Assembly (NCBI GenBank): GCA_950097015.1
Contig: CATNEN010000038.1
Coordinates: 1,984,001 to 2,048,000, forward strand
From: Macrostomum hystrix
Taxonomy: Eukaryota > Animalia > Platyhelminthes
DNA length: 64,000 nucleotides
Reading direction: 5' to 3'
Made by a program: the position numbers and the translations under genes. How positions within the stretch are numbered: position 1 is the stretch's first letter; the number at the start of each line of letters is the position of its first letter. Of the stretch, positions 25,242 through 37,217 are shown piece after piece. The notes beneath the pieces were generated by a model. The model had not been told where the DNA came from, did not search any database, and was given only the letters and a program-made list of their open reading frames with translations.

Positions 25242-26135
25242 AGCTAATACTTAAATTAAACGTACTCAGCTCTTCGACACTCATTTTGGATGCCGTTCAG
25301 ACGTAATGTGCACGATTAATTTATTAAATGCACTGTACAGAAAACTGCTCACTGTGTATAGAATTACGTAATATATAGCTTATAACTAGATGATATTGTT
25401 AAAGCCTTTGATTCTTTCGACTCATTGCGCAAAGCCACGTGTGCGTGTGCATATGTATAATATGAGTACATATATCATCATAACGACGTACATAGCATGT
25501 AGGTGCATGTTAGTAAAAGTTCCACATCACATACGCATATAAATCTTTGATACGTTGGTCTACCCGATCTGCAGGCTGACAACTTTTTGAAAATGTAAGT
25601 TGTATGCTCACTCTAACCAATGAACTCTATATAAAAAACTGTATATGTTTATGTTTATAAAAAATCACACTACTCAAAAAAGTAGTGTAGTAGGTGTATT
25701 TATATACTTTTTCGATCCATTTGACGTTAGTACCAAATATATTTTGCTCTACAAAGCAATCCATAGAAGCGTTCTAGAAATTTCTAGAACGACTTTCTCA
25801 GTAAACAGTATATCGAAAGTTCGTTAAGGCGTTTACAATGCACATTACAGGTGCAGCTAATTAAATTTTAAATACGATTTATAACAGTTGATCAAGGTTC
25901 TCTTTGATGAGGCCTGAATATACACAATATATACAGTACATATAGAAAATTGCTTCGCAGAGCATTCGTCCGAAGATTAAATTATATTTACTGAGTAAAT
26001 AATTTTCTATGTAAAACAACTTGTATTTCGCGATTACATAAAAAACACGTGAGTTTAGGATGGTTTTCCCCGAGACGTAGGTCGGGGACATAGGACAAAA
26101 GACATAGGTGCAAGAACAAGCTCGCCCATTCACTT

Positions 26136-26992
26136 CTAGGATTCTACTCGACTTAATCGACGCGACAGCTCCCTCCTGAGTGACGTGGAAATCTTCGCCA
26201 TGAAGCTAACGCTGCTCCGGGCAGCGGGCGTCTCATCGCGAACCCGAATGTCGATATTCCGCTGAGCCTTCTCCTGCTCTTGGAGCAGTTCGCGACTCTT
26301 CAACACAGTCGAAACGATATCGTCGAAAACTGCAACCACACCGACGCCCGACTTGGCTGATGAGAGCCTGCAGGACAGAAAGTCCAATTCCTTTGGAAGC
26401 AAAGGCTGCTGCTGGCCATCAAATTCGTCATCAAATGCGTCGCATTTGCAGGCAGCAATGAAGGCAAAAGGTTGCCCACCTGCGAAAGGAAAAGGTGTTA
26501 TAAGGGCTTATCTACAGCCCGACTCGATAAAAATAGTTCAAAACCTTTATCGCCATCGCTGTAGTTTTCAACGTCCTTGAAAAAAGTGCGACAATTACCT
26601 GGCAGGAAACAAAACATTGAATTGGTATTAAAGAGGCTTTAATCATTACCTGTTGCTAAGTTTTGCAGCTGTGTGTCTTGGCTGATTCGCTGAATCAGGT
26701 ATCCAAGTGTTTTCTCTGATTTTGTAACGTCGAATAACAGCAAGACAGCGTCCATACCGTTGACCAGAGAGGATGCATAGCCGACAAAAGCCTCAGTGGC
26801 TGGCATCTCCCAGGTCTTCACCGTTACCACGGCATCGTTGTCTGGACTTCTCTGCTTCCAGCTGCTGAAGTTCATCATGGATCTCCGACCTTCCTGATCG
26901 TAGGCGAATCGGCCTGTGACCCGTCGATTCAACAGGCTTGTCTTTCCGGTGCCCGAGTCCCCCAGGACTAAAACTGTAACTTCTGCGCCCAT
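26136..26992 (-). CDS. Atypical Rab-like/Ras-superfamily small GTPase, 2 exons, ~228 aa
   Basis: Exons 26992-26650 and 26479-26136 (phase 1). G1 'VLVLGDSGTGKTSLL', 'DAVLLLFDVT', G4-like 'ACKCD', G5 'SSAK'. G3 is degenerate ('TWEMPA') and there is no C-terminal Cys. Confidence 0.8.
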
Positions 26993-27477
26993 AAATTCTT
27001 TGATTTCGAGCAATCAGTAAGCCCACTTCATGCAGTTGGCAACTCAAAATTTTAGAGAGAATTTATAGACAAGTTAAGCGAAACTGTGCTGCAAAAGGAA
27101 AACTGGCACCTACGCATTTACAAAAATAGCTCGCACATACGAGCACTTCAACAACGAGCTAATAATAGACTTTGCAGAGTTACAGCACCAAATGATGCAC
27201 GTAACTCTAATACGGTAGTGATATCATTTGAGTATAACAATTAAACTCGAAGGTGAATTCCGAGTTTTCTATAAGGGCAGCTTAAATTAGCACAGCTAAA
27301 CACGTGGTCAGACGAGGTTTAGAATTAGTTTCAACAGGTTAAATGCAGAATTGTGCAGTTTACTTATTAAAATGATAAGTTATTTGCCCGATGGGGGTGA
27401 TACTTTTAATCACGACTCACCACCAATGGACTATTTTAGGCGATTTTAATTAAAACTATTAACTGTAAATCTTTTAA

Positions 27478-27612
27478 GTAAGCTCCACGGTTAGATAGAC
27501 AACTTAAAGGTCGTGGGTTCGATTCCCGACTCCTTAAGATCAAATTGTGTACTTTAGCTAGGTCGACTCTTTATTCTGCATCGCTTGAGTTCAACCAGCT
27601 GTTAATTTGGCA
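27478..27612 (+). mobile_element. Degenerate tRNA-derived SINE fragment (second family)
   Basis: Perfect B-box GGTTCGATTCC after a degenerate A-box region; does not fold into a cloverleaf. Confidence 0.45.
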
Positions 27613-27969
27613 TCATTGACATGATTTAACATTTAGAAAATGGATCAATTCATAGTATTTTTTATTATAATCGTCCAACCTATAAAAGTCCAGCCTCTCA
27701 AAACCCAACATTTACTAGGAATTAGTACAAGCCTATATTACATAGCGTGGGCCGTTTGCGTGTGGGATATTGTCCAGCAAGATTTAAGTGCCAAATTGAT
27801 GCATGAAGGATTCCGATTAACATCATTAGTAAATGGATACCCTCTGTTATTTAATTCTTTGGGCCAAATCTTTTGTGAGTCGCATTAATGCTCCACATCT
27901 GCTTACCCACTGCCATCCGAATGAAGATCAGGTGACTCAGATAATCAAGCTAATTTTGTTTATGCTTTG

Positions 27970-28930
27970 TGAAATCTACTGTCAATCATCTGTGATGCAT
28001 TGTCAATCTTCTGTCATCAGCTGTCAATCACTTGTCACAAATTATCAATATTCTGTCATCTCTCAATCTTCTGAGATCTACTGTCAATCTTCTGAGATCT
28101 ACTGTCAATCTTCTGAGATCTACTGTCAATCTTCTGAGATCTACTGTCAATCTTCTGAGATCTACTGTCAATCTTCTGAGAGATCTACTGTCAATCTTCT
28201 GAGAGATCTACTGTCAATCTTCTGAGAGATCTGCTGTCAATCTTCTGAGAGATCTACTGTCAATCTTCTGAGAGATCTACTGTCAATCTTCTGAGAGATC
28301 TACTGTCAATCTTCTGAGAGATCTACTGTCAATCTTCTGAGAGATCTACTGTCAATCTTCTGAGAGATCTACTGTCAATCTTCTGAGAGATCTACTGTCA
28401 ATCTTCTGAGAGATCTACTGTCAATCTTCTGAGAGATCTACTGTCAATCTTCTGAGAGATCTACTGTCAATCTTCTGAGAGATCTACTGTCAATCTTCTG
28501 AGAGATCTACTGTCAATCTTCTGAGAGATCTACTGTCAATCTTCTTAGAGATCTACTGTCAATCTTCTGAGAGATCTACTGTCAATCTTCTGAGAGATCT
28601 ACTGTCAATCTTCTGAGAGATCTACTGTCAATCTTCTGAGAGATCTACTGTCAATCTTCTGAGAGATCTACTGTCAATCTTCTGAGAGATCTACTGTCAA
28701 TCTTCTGAGAGATCTACTGTCAATCTTCTGAGATCTACTGTCAATCTTCTGAGATCTACTGTCAATCTTCTGAGAGATCTACTGTCAATCTTCTGAGAGA
28801 TCTACTGTCAATCTTCTGAGAGATCTACTGTCAATCTTCTGAGAGATCTACTGTCAATCTTCTGAGAGATCTACTGTCAATCTTCTGAGAGATCTACTGT
28901 CAATCTTCTGAGAGATCTACTGTCAATCAT
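27970..28930. repeat. 21/23-bp minisatellite (ATCTACTGTCAATCTTCTGAG[AG])
   Basis: About 42 units, degenerate at the left edge. Confidence 0.96.
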
Positions 28931-29534
28931 TTCATATATAATGTCACCTGAGATCTACATGCATTGATCTGCTACGTCTCCATATACTTCACGTCTCTCT
29001 TTGATCCCAATCCCAAACGTCGCTCTTACAAATGACAAAGACAAGCTCACCTGATTCAATAAGATTTATGTGGACTTTTTCTGAATCTACTGAATTATTT
29101 GTATAATAGGTAAGAGCGGCTTCATGCCACAAAGCACTCAACTCATAGAAATCTTTTGTTTTACCTGTACACGCGGATGACAATACTAATCTGGTGCCTT
29201 ATTTGCGGCCAATCAATAGAAGAGCAGCCATTGCGACCACGCCTTGTGCTGCCCAGTCAAGGCTTCCCCCCTTCGTAGTCTGCCGATTGCTTATATGAAG
29301 ACAAAAGCAGAGATTTCATGACTGCGATTCTCAAGGCCGAAATACTTACTGCCGCAAAAAATGAACAGCGCGATTAAACAGGCGCTGGTGCAACAGCTCA
29401 TTGTGCAGTCCCTCAATGACAGAGCGGCACAATTTTCTGGTAAACCGTAAACAGCTTTGATGTTCTAATGCTGATACTTCAATTCTTGTATTCGTTGTGG
29501 CCATTTTTAGTTCTAATGTTGACAACAATACCGT

Positions 29535-29752
29535 ACACAGGTTTGTACTATGCCATGGCCTTTCCACTGTCAGGCAGGGTACACTCTCACTGTGCCTTGG
29601 AGGGTTGGCCCTCAAGGGCGTAAATTGCACGACAAGCCCCCAAGCCTTCTATCCGCGGCTGCGCCCTAAATAAATGTGGCCTTGCCGTGGAATCTAACTT
29701 AGGGACCGTTGTGCGAGAGGCAAACGCGATAACCGCTCTGCCACCGACCCCC
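29535..29752 (-). mobile_element. tRNA-derived SINE-like element, copy B
   Basis: Reverse strand begins GGGGTCGGTGGCAGAGCGGTTATCGCG (A-box) ... AGTTAGATTCC (B-box); aligns with copies A and C. Confidence 0.75.
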
Positions 29753-30736
29753 TGAATCGAGCTCATGGAGCTTCATGGTTTTTTTAACTGAATCCCAGAT
29801 CATAAAAATCCTTATTCAGCGTCAGCTCCAACCCGCTCAAAGCTCGACAAAGTCGCGGCGGAACGCGAATCGATGTCAGCGGCAGGAAGCAATCCTGAAT
29901 GCGCGGATGGCAGCGCCGAACGCAGCTCTAATCCGCGGCGTCATCGACCCTAGACCTTCGACTGTACCTTCTGGGTCATTGTGGGCGGCTGTTTAATGTA
30001 CTACTACGAGTAATTGCTTTAACTATTAGCTCACCGTATAAAAAAGATCTAAGAAAGCAATGCGACTGTTTGTTTCTCACAAACAAACAGTTTGTTTCTT
30101 AAATCAACATTTCCTGAACATTTTATTGCTTTTATAGTATAAGTGAAATGTCTTAGTGAGTTTAGTTGAATTGAAAGAGGCTAGCTAAAAGAAAACATAT
30201 AATTTAATGCGAGTCTAGCATTTCATCGATAATGTGAAAATGATTTGATTTAACAGCCTTAGCTCTTTTATATATTACTGTTAGTAGGAAATAACTTCAA
30301 AATGATAAATATTCTCGTCATTCTGCCATTAGTGCCTGTGGTAGCCGCGAAAGAACTGCTGTTTAATCGTTTTCTACTAAAAAGTTGTAATTCATGGAAT
30401 ATTAAAATGATTGAATCTATTGTTCCGCTCATCTAGTATTTATGTGCTAGGTAAATTGATTAAAACTTAGTCTTTCTAACAGCTACGAGCATTGTAAAAT
30501 AACAAACGAATCGTCCTTACAATGTAGAACCAGTTTAGTGTAAAACGGTCTATAGTCTATGGTAAATTTTGATATCCACAGTAAATCAGATGTCCATGAC
30601 ACACGGTACTTCGTGTTTACAAGTGGCCATTGACGCTCATAAACACAAAAATCATGTGTAGCTAAGTGCCACACGATTGATCAATTGACGTAATAACCAT
30701 GTTCAATAGTATCTACCAGAGAGGCTACGAAGTCAT

Positions 30737-32776
30737 CTAAGGCACAAGGCTGCACACGGTAGCCAGGTTCGCCTGAACGCAGACACAGCGCAGTCTGACG
30801 GTCAGGCCCCGGCTGTTGACTTCGTTTCGAATGTAGCTGGAGCCCAGTTTCACGGGCCGATTATTCTCGTCGACGCAATCGCTAGTGATCGGGTTCTCGC
30901 TGGTTGGAAAGCAGTTCACATATTGGCCGAGGTTGTTGCAGCGGCATTTCATGCTCTCATTGCGGCTGTTAAGAATGATCACTGGGTCGCCTGGCGGCCT
31001 GGAGATGTTGCGAAAGTCCAAGCAGCCGATGAAGTTCAGGCCTAAATTGCGGTTCGGGTCCTTCACTGGCTGGCAGGTGAAGTTCATCTCCGGGCTTGCA
31101 GTTGGCGAAATTGGCGATGGGAGAAATTTAGAGCACAGAAATTTAGATAAAGAAAGAAATTGGATGAGGGATGGTGAGAGAGGGGTGAGTGAGGGTGAGG
31201 GAGGGTGAGTGAGGGTGAGGGAGAGTGAGGGAGGGTGAGGGAGAGTGAGGGAGGGTGAGAGAGGGTGAGGGAGGGTGAGAGAGGGTGAGGGAGGGTGAGG
31301 AAGAGTGAGGGAGGGTGAGGGAGGGTGAGGGAGGGTGAGGGAGGGTGAGGGAGGGTGAGGAAGAGTGAGGGAGGGTGAGGGAGGGTGAGGGAGGGTGAGG
31401 GAGGGTGAGGGAGAATGAGGGAGGGTGAGGGAGGATTAGACTGGGTCAGACAGGGTGAAAGGGGGTTTGAATTTGAATCACTGGCAGTGGTTAGTGGTTG
31501 GCACAGGAAGAGCTGTTTGTCAAAGTTTCACAGTACATGAGGACTAATTTAGCAATCGATCCAAAGGTCAAAATAAACTAGCAAGCATGTGACTTCGAAA
31601 CTGCAGACTTTGGAAGCACCTGCAACGACCCTGGCCGGGTTACAGCATAAGCAGGCTTTAACCGGAAATCAGACCTAAGTATCAGTTCAGGTGGTTTACA
31701 CTCCTGTCCTCGTTGCTAATTATGCTTTTTCGCAGTCAAGACTGACCTCCAAGGTCCAAATTTGGAAACACACATTGGATTAACAGTAGGACTACAAAGC
31801 CTTTTTGCCGCCCGTTTTTATACCAAAGTGGGGAAGAATTATCCCCCCCGACATTTTTTTGCTGCGCCCGAACGGAGCAACGCAAGCAAAGAAAAACTCA
31901 AGAACGCGCGCCAACTTTTAGTTGAGCATCTTCTGAAACAAGAACCAAGTCGCCAGCCCTTCAGACCGTCGAGATATTCAACGGTTCTGACCGAAGGTCA
32001 GATTTTTCCCATAAGCGCTAGTATATTTCATACACCCCTATACACGAATGAGCACTGCGCCTCAGTGCGGCCTTGCCAGGTCTTCAAACTTTGTCAGCAC
32101 GTCACCCGAATGTGCCTGCATCATCTCCGACTTCGGTGGTCACCGCCCTTTATCCAGACGGAGCTTTTGAACCTTCGACAGGTGGCACCAGCCGACTATT
32201 GACACCCTGATGCGGATTTCTCTACTTTCGCTGATCAAGCCTCGAAATTTGGCAGCATTTAACTACATTCAACACCAATGCCACAATGGTCTTTCCCCAT
32301 CGTTTTGGGAAATGCAGACTATAATGATTGAGAGTATCGTACCTGCCCACCATCTGGTCTATGCAGGTGCACTGCATGCGAGTCGTAGTCTGGGTCGGGG
32401 TCAGGGATCCGCGATCAACGACCGTCTCTAGAACTTGCACGTGCAACGTGCGCCGCTCGTCAACCATCTGGCAGAGGTTTTCGCTTTTGCAGCGGCAGAC
32501 CTTGCTCTGGCAGCCGTCCTGACAGCGGTGAGAATGGCTCAACGTTGAAGGCATTGGGTTCGAATTTTCTATGAAGCTCTAGACAGGTTTTGTTGACCCA
32601 TATACTGGGGAAGAACCTTAGCTAATTATAATTACCTGCGGATGTGGCAGCATGTGGCCAATTGGATACTTTCTCCCATCTCTGCCGGTGCATTCCAGGC
32701 CGTTGACAGCAGTAGCTAGGGCTAGCAGCAGCAGCAGCATCATCAGCGTTTTTGTCTGTATAACTTTGCCAATCAT
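30737..32776 (-). CDS. Predicted secreted cysteine-rich protein with vWC/FN1-like C...CxC...C modules, 3 exons, ~224 aa
   Basis: Exons 32776-32636, 32518-32343, 31094-30737 join in phases 0 and 2. Hydrophobic signal-like 'LMMLLLLLALATAVNG' followed by four Cys modules, each with a CxC. Exons are GC-rich. Confidence 0.72.
31172..31435. repeat. 10-bp G-rich repeat (GAGGGTGAGG), intron of the Cys-rich gene
   Basis: Direct inspection. Confidence 0.93.
31870..32209 (-). mobile_element. Dispersed DNA-transposon-like repeat, copy 1 (terminus CAGGGTGTC)
   Basis: Reverse complement aligns over ~330 bp with 56401-56730. Confidence 0.7.
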
Positions 32777-33260
32777 TCTATTCTATTAGTAAATTTGCTT
32801 CGTTCGAAATTTCGTTGCAGAACAAATGTGTAGCTCTGCACTCTCGCGCCACTTGCACAAGCAGGTTATAGTCGCAAATGTGTGTGCGTGTGTGTGTGCG
32901 CGCGTGTGTTGGTTTGTTTATCTGGATGAATTTATAGTTTAGATTGCCGCAACGGAAGCTGCAAAGCAATGGCTTTAGGTTATGTTTATCCACAGCGTTA
33001 GACATTGTGACCCGATGATTCGCACTTACTCAGGGATTTTGAGAATCGGGAATAGAGCTTCTGAGCCAATCGGAACCAACATATTGGGGATTTATCGCCC
33101 AAATTTAACGCACTGGTTAGCATTTGCCATCAAAGCATTAATGAAAGCGGAGATCTGGGCTGATTCGCAAATTCTGATGGAACAGATCTACCGAATGGCG
33201 ATGTTACAGATGCTGAAAATGGGAACAAACTCGACTTCTCACAGCACGCCAAGGATTTAA

Positions 33261-35312
33261 AGAAGGTCAAAAACAGAAGGTCAGAAACAGAAGGTCAAAA
33301 ACAGAAGGTCAGAAACAGAAGGTCTGAAACAGAAGGTCGGAAACAGAAGGTCTGAAACAGAAGGTCTGAAACAGAAGGTCGGAAACAGAAGGTCGAAAAC
33401 AGAAGGTCAGAAACAGAAGGTCTGAAACAGAAGGTCGGAAACAGAAGGTCGGAAACAGAAGGTCGGAAACAGAAGGTCGGAAACAGAAGGTCGGAAACAG
33501 AAGGTCGGAAACAGAAGGTCAGAAACAGAAGGTCGGAAACAGAAGGTCTGAAACAGAAGGTCGGAAACAGAAGGTCAGAAACAGAAGGTCGGAAACAGAA
33601 GGTCAAAAACAGAAGGTCAAAAACAGAAGGTCAGAAACAGAAGGTCAGAAACAGAAGGTCAGAAACAGAAGGTCGGAAACAGAAGGTCGGAAACAGAAGG
33701 TCAGAAACAGAAGGTCAGAAACAGAAGGTCGGAAACAGAAGGTCGGAAACAGAAGGTCAAAAACAGAAGGTCAGAAACAGAAGGTCAAAAACAGAAGGTC
33801 AAAAACAGAAGGTCAGAAACAGAAGGTCAGAAACAGAAGGTCAGAAACAGAAGGTCGGAAACAGAAGGTAGGAAACAGAAGGTCAGAAACAGAAGGTCAG
33901 AAACAGAAGGTCGGAAACAGAAGGTCGGAAACAGAAGGTCAGAAACAGAAGGTCAGAAACAGAAGGTCGGAAACAGAAGGTCAGAAACAGAAGGTCAGAA
34001 ACAGAAGGTCGGAAACAGAAGGTAGGAAACAGAAGGTAAGAAACAGAAGGTCAGAAACAGAAGGTCGGAAACAGAAGTTCGGAAACAGAAGGTCAGAAAC
34101 AGAAGGTCGGAAACAGAAGGTCGGAAACAGAAGGTCGGAAACAGAAGGTCAGAAACAGAAGGTCAGAAACAGAAGGTCGGAAACAGAAGGTAGGAAACAG
34201 AAGGTCAGAAACAGAAGGTCAGAAACAGAAGGTCGGAAACAGAAGGTCGGAAACAGAAGGTCAGAAACAGAAGGTCAGAAACAGAAGGTCGGAAACAGAA
34301 GGTCAGAAACAGAAGGTCAGAAACAGAAGGTCGGAAACAGAAGGTAGGAAACAGAAGGTAAGAAACAGAAGGTCAGAAACAGAAGGTCGGAAACAGAAGT
34401 TCGGAAACAGAAGGTCAGAAACAGAAGGTCGGAAACAGAAGGTCGGAAACAGAAGGTCGGAAACAGAAGGTCAGAAACAGAAGGTCAGAAACAGAAGGTC
34501 GGAAACAGAAGGTCGGAAACAGAAGGTGGGAAACAGAAGGTCAGAAACAGAAGGTCAGAAACAGAAGGTCGGAAACAGAAGGTCAGAAACAGAAGGTCAG
34601 AAACAGAAGGTCGGAAACAGAAGGTCGGAAACAGAAGGTCAGAAACAGAAGGTCAGAAACAGAAGGTCTGAAACAGAAGGTCAGAAACAGAAGGTCGGAA
34701 ACAGAAGGTCGGAAACAGAAGGTCAGAAACAGAAGGTCAGAAACAGAAGGTCGGAAACAGAAGGTCAGAAACAGAAGGTCAGAAACAGAAGGTCGGAAAC
34801 AGAAGGTAGGAAACAGAAGGTAAGAAACAGAAGGTCGGAAACAGAAGGTCGGAAACAGAAGGTCGGAAACAGAAGTTCGGAAACAGAAGGTCGGAAACAG
34901 AAGGTCGGAAACAGAAGGTCAGAAACAGAAGGTCGGAAACAGAGGGTCAGAAACAGAAGGTCGGAAACAGAAGGTCGGAAACAGAAGGTCGGAAACAGAA
35001 GGTCGGAAACAGAAGGTCGGAAACAGAAGGTCGGAAACAGAAGGTCAGAAACAGAAGGTCGGAAACAGAGGGTCAGAAACAGAAGGTCGGAAACAGAAGG
35101 TCGGAAACAGAAGGTCTGAAACAGAAGGTCTGAAACAGAAGGTCAGAAACAGAATATCGGAAACAGAAGGTCAGAAACAGAAGGTCAGAAACAGAAGGTC
35201 TGAAACAGAATATCGGAAACAGAAGGTCGGAAACAGAAGGTCAGAAACAGAAGGTCTGAAACAGAATATCGGAAACAGAATATCGGAAACAGAAGGTCGG
35301 AAACAGAAGGTT
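33261..35312. repeat. 14-bp minisatellite (GAAACAGAAGGTC[A/G]) with a 322-bp higher-order duplication
   Basis: About 146 units; rare variants recur at offset 322 (34023 vs 34345, 33869 vs 34191). Confidence 0.97.
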
Positions 35313-36012
35313 CAGCAATAAAATATGAGGACCAATAAGCATCGATTGTTGAGATTACAGCACCCAAACTGTCAGCGGATCTTGTACATATGTAAAAGAG
35401 TCGTGAGAAGCACTTCAAGTCGACCAATCTTGCTTCGCAGCGCACACTATATCCCTGATTTCCAAGTGATATATTGTGACCCACTTCTTTAGTAAGCTTT
35501 CGGGTGATAGAAAATATCTGCAAGTCTTCATCGTAGATGAAGGCCTCTCAACTCGAACTTCTTTTAACCAACTCAGCCACCCAGCAGCAGCAGCAACACC
35601 CACGCATATCCTTGTCTACATTTGCTTCTCTATCCAGCGAGCTCTTCGCCATCCCTCTACCCTAGCTGACCAAGTTCGAGTCCTCGAGTCTATAGCGGCA
35701 CACAGCAGCGTCGATAATAAGATGCTCTCTTCTCTCCCGTCTCTCTTGCCTGGCCATCTCAATCCCAACCAGTCCGTCAAGTCGCGAGGGAGACTCAGCA
35801 GTGCTCGATATTGATAAGGGGACAAATCCTAGCCAAGCGTTCTCAAATCCTTACCAACCACTTCGTCATCAGGTGGAGCAATGACGGCCTGTAGCTGTGG
35901 ACACGAGTGAGCCAGTTTGTCAATCGGTAAAGTGCTTTGCAAACTGTTCTATCATACAAATTAGAGTTGTTTAAAGTTGTTTTGTTTAAGTGATCTATTG
36001 CAGTTATATTGT

Positions 36013-36069
36013 AGGTTCTAATCGGGACCTTGGCTTGTAAGAGGCAAACGCGTTACACCGCTCTGCCCC
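36013..36069 (-). mobile_element. SINE head fragment, copy D
   Basis: GAGGCAAACGCGTTACACCGCTCTGCC matches the head of copies B and C. Confidence 0.6.
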
Positions 36070-36470
36070 TGAAGACCTGAATTATAGACACTGAAGCCCT
36101 GAAGAATAGACACTGAAGACAGACCTGAATTATAGAAAGATAATGTAACCATGAAGGATCGACACTGAAACCCTGAAGGATAGACACTGAAGCCCTGAAG
36201 GATAGACACTGAAGCCCTGAAGGATAGACACTGAAGCCCTGAAGGATAGACACTGAAGCCCTGAAGGATAGACACTGAAGCCCTGAAGGATAGACACTGA
36301 AGCCCTGAAGGATAGACACTGAAGCCCTGAAGGATAGACACTGAAGCCCTGAAGGATAGACACTGAAGCCCTGAAGGATAGACACTGAAGCCCTGAAGGA
36401 TAGACACTGAAGCCCTGAAGGATAGACAAACACCGAAAATTAATTAGGATAGAGATAGACACTGAGACCG
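36069..36470. repeat. 22-bp minisatellite (GACACTGAAGCCCTGAAGGATA)
   Basis: Direct inspection. Confidence 0.95.
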
Positions 36471-37217
36471 TGGAAGATGGTCAGACACAGAAGCCCTGAG
36501 AGAAGGGACACCAATAGCTATAGTTTCTCAATTTCATGTCTAGTCTAGTCTAGAAGTCTAAAACTGTAAGTGTTTTTCAGCAATTGAATATATACATAAA
36601 TATACATGAGCGAATTAGAGCTCTACAGCAGATCAATCAATGGACGTCTCAGCGAACTCTGATGGAAGCGAAATTATTGGTAAGTTTCCGGTCATTTTCT
36701 TGTTGCTTTAACAAATTCTAAAAAAAATCTCACGATTGTACTGAGTTCTGCCTTGTTAGTAGTATGATGCGAATCAAGAATTTCAAATTGCGCATTAGTA
36801 AAAATCTCATTTTTGTTGGCCCCTGCATCCAGCCTGATCTCAAATCCCATTCCGTTAAATCCCATTTTGGTCGGGTAAATTTGAGTACACGACAAACTCT
36901 GCTCATAATTAAGTACTAAGAGACACGCATTATGTTCTCAAATGACACCCAAATTGAAATCCTCGCGATTGAAACCAAACCCACTGCAGAGGAATGTAAG
37001 AAACAGACACCTGGAATTATAGATTTTCTCTCTATAAAGATTAATTACACTTAAATCTATTAAAAATGCATTAGTAAGGCCAGCTAACTAAAATCTCTAA
37101 CTAACTTGAATAACTTGACTAAAATCCAGGTAGCTTATTTAGATGCCTTAGGTTTGAAGTTTCATTTTAATATAAAATTTAATGGATAGATAGCCAAATT
37201 GCAGGAAATTTTACTGT

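Noticed and set aside
27478-27535. tRNA gene
   Set aside because: Only the B-box is intact; acceptor and anticodon stems cannot be formed. Treated as a SINE remnant.
151-32776. Operon or SL trans-spliced cluster of five co-oriented genes
   Set aside because: Intergenic gaps are several kb and no trans-splice evidence can be read from DNA alone.
16308-35312. Two arrays both have 23-unit higher-order periods (460/20 and 322/14)
   Set aside because: Other arrays have 4-, 6- and 8-unit periods, so this is likely coincidence.
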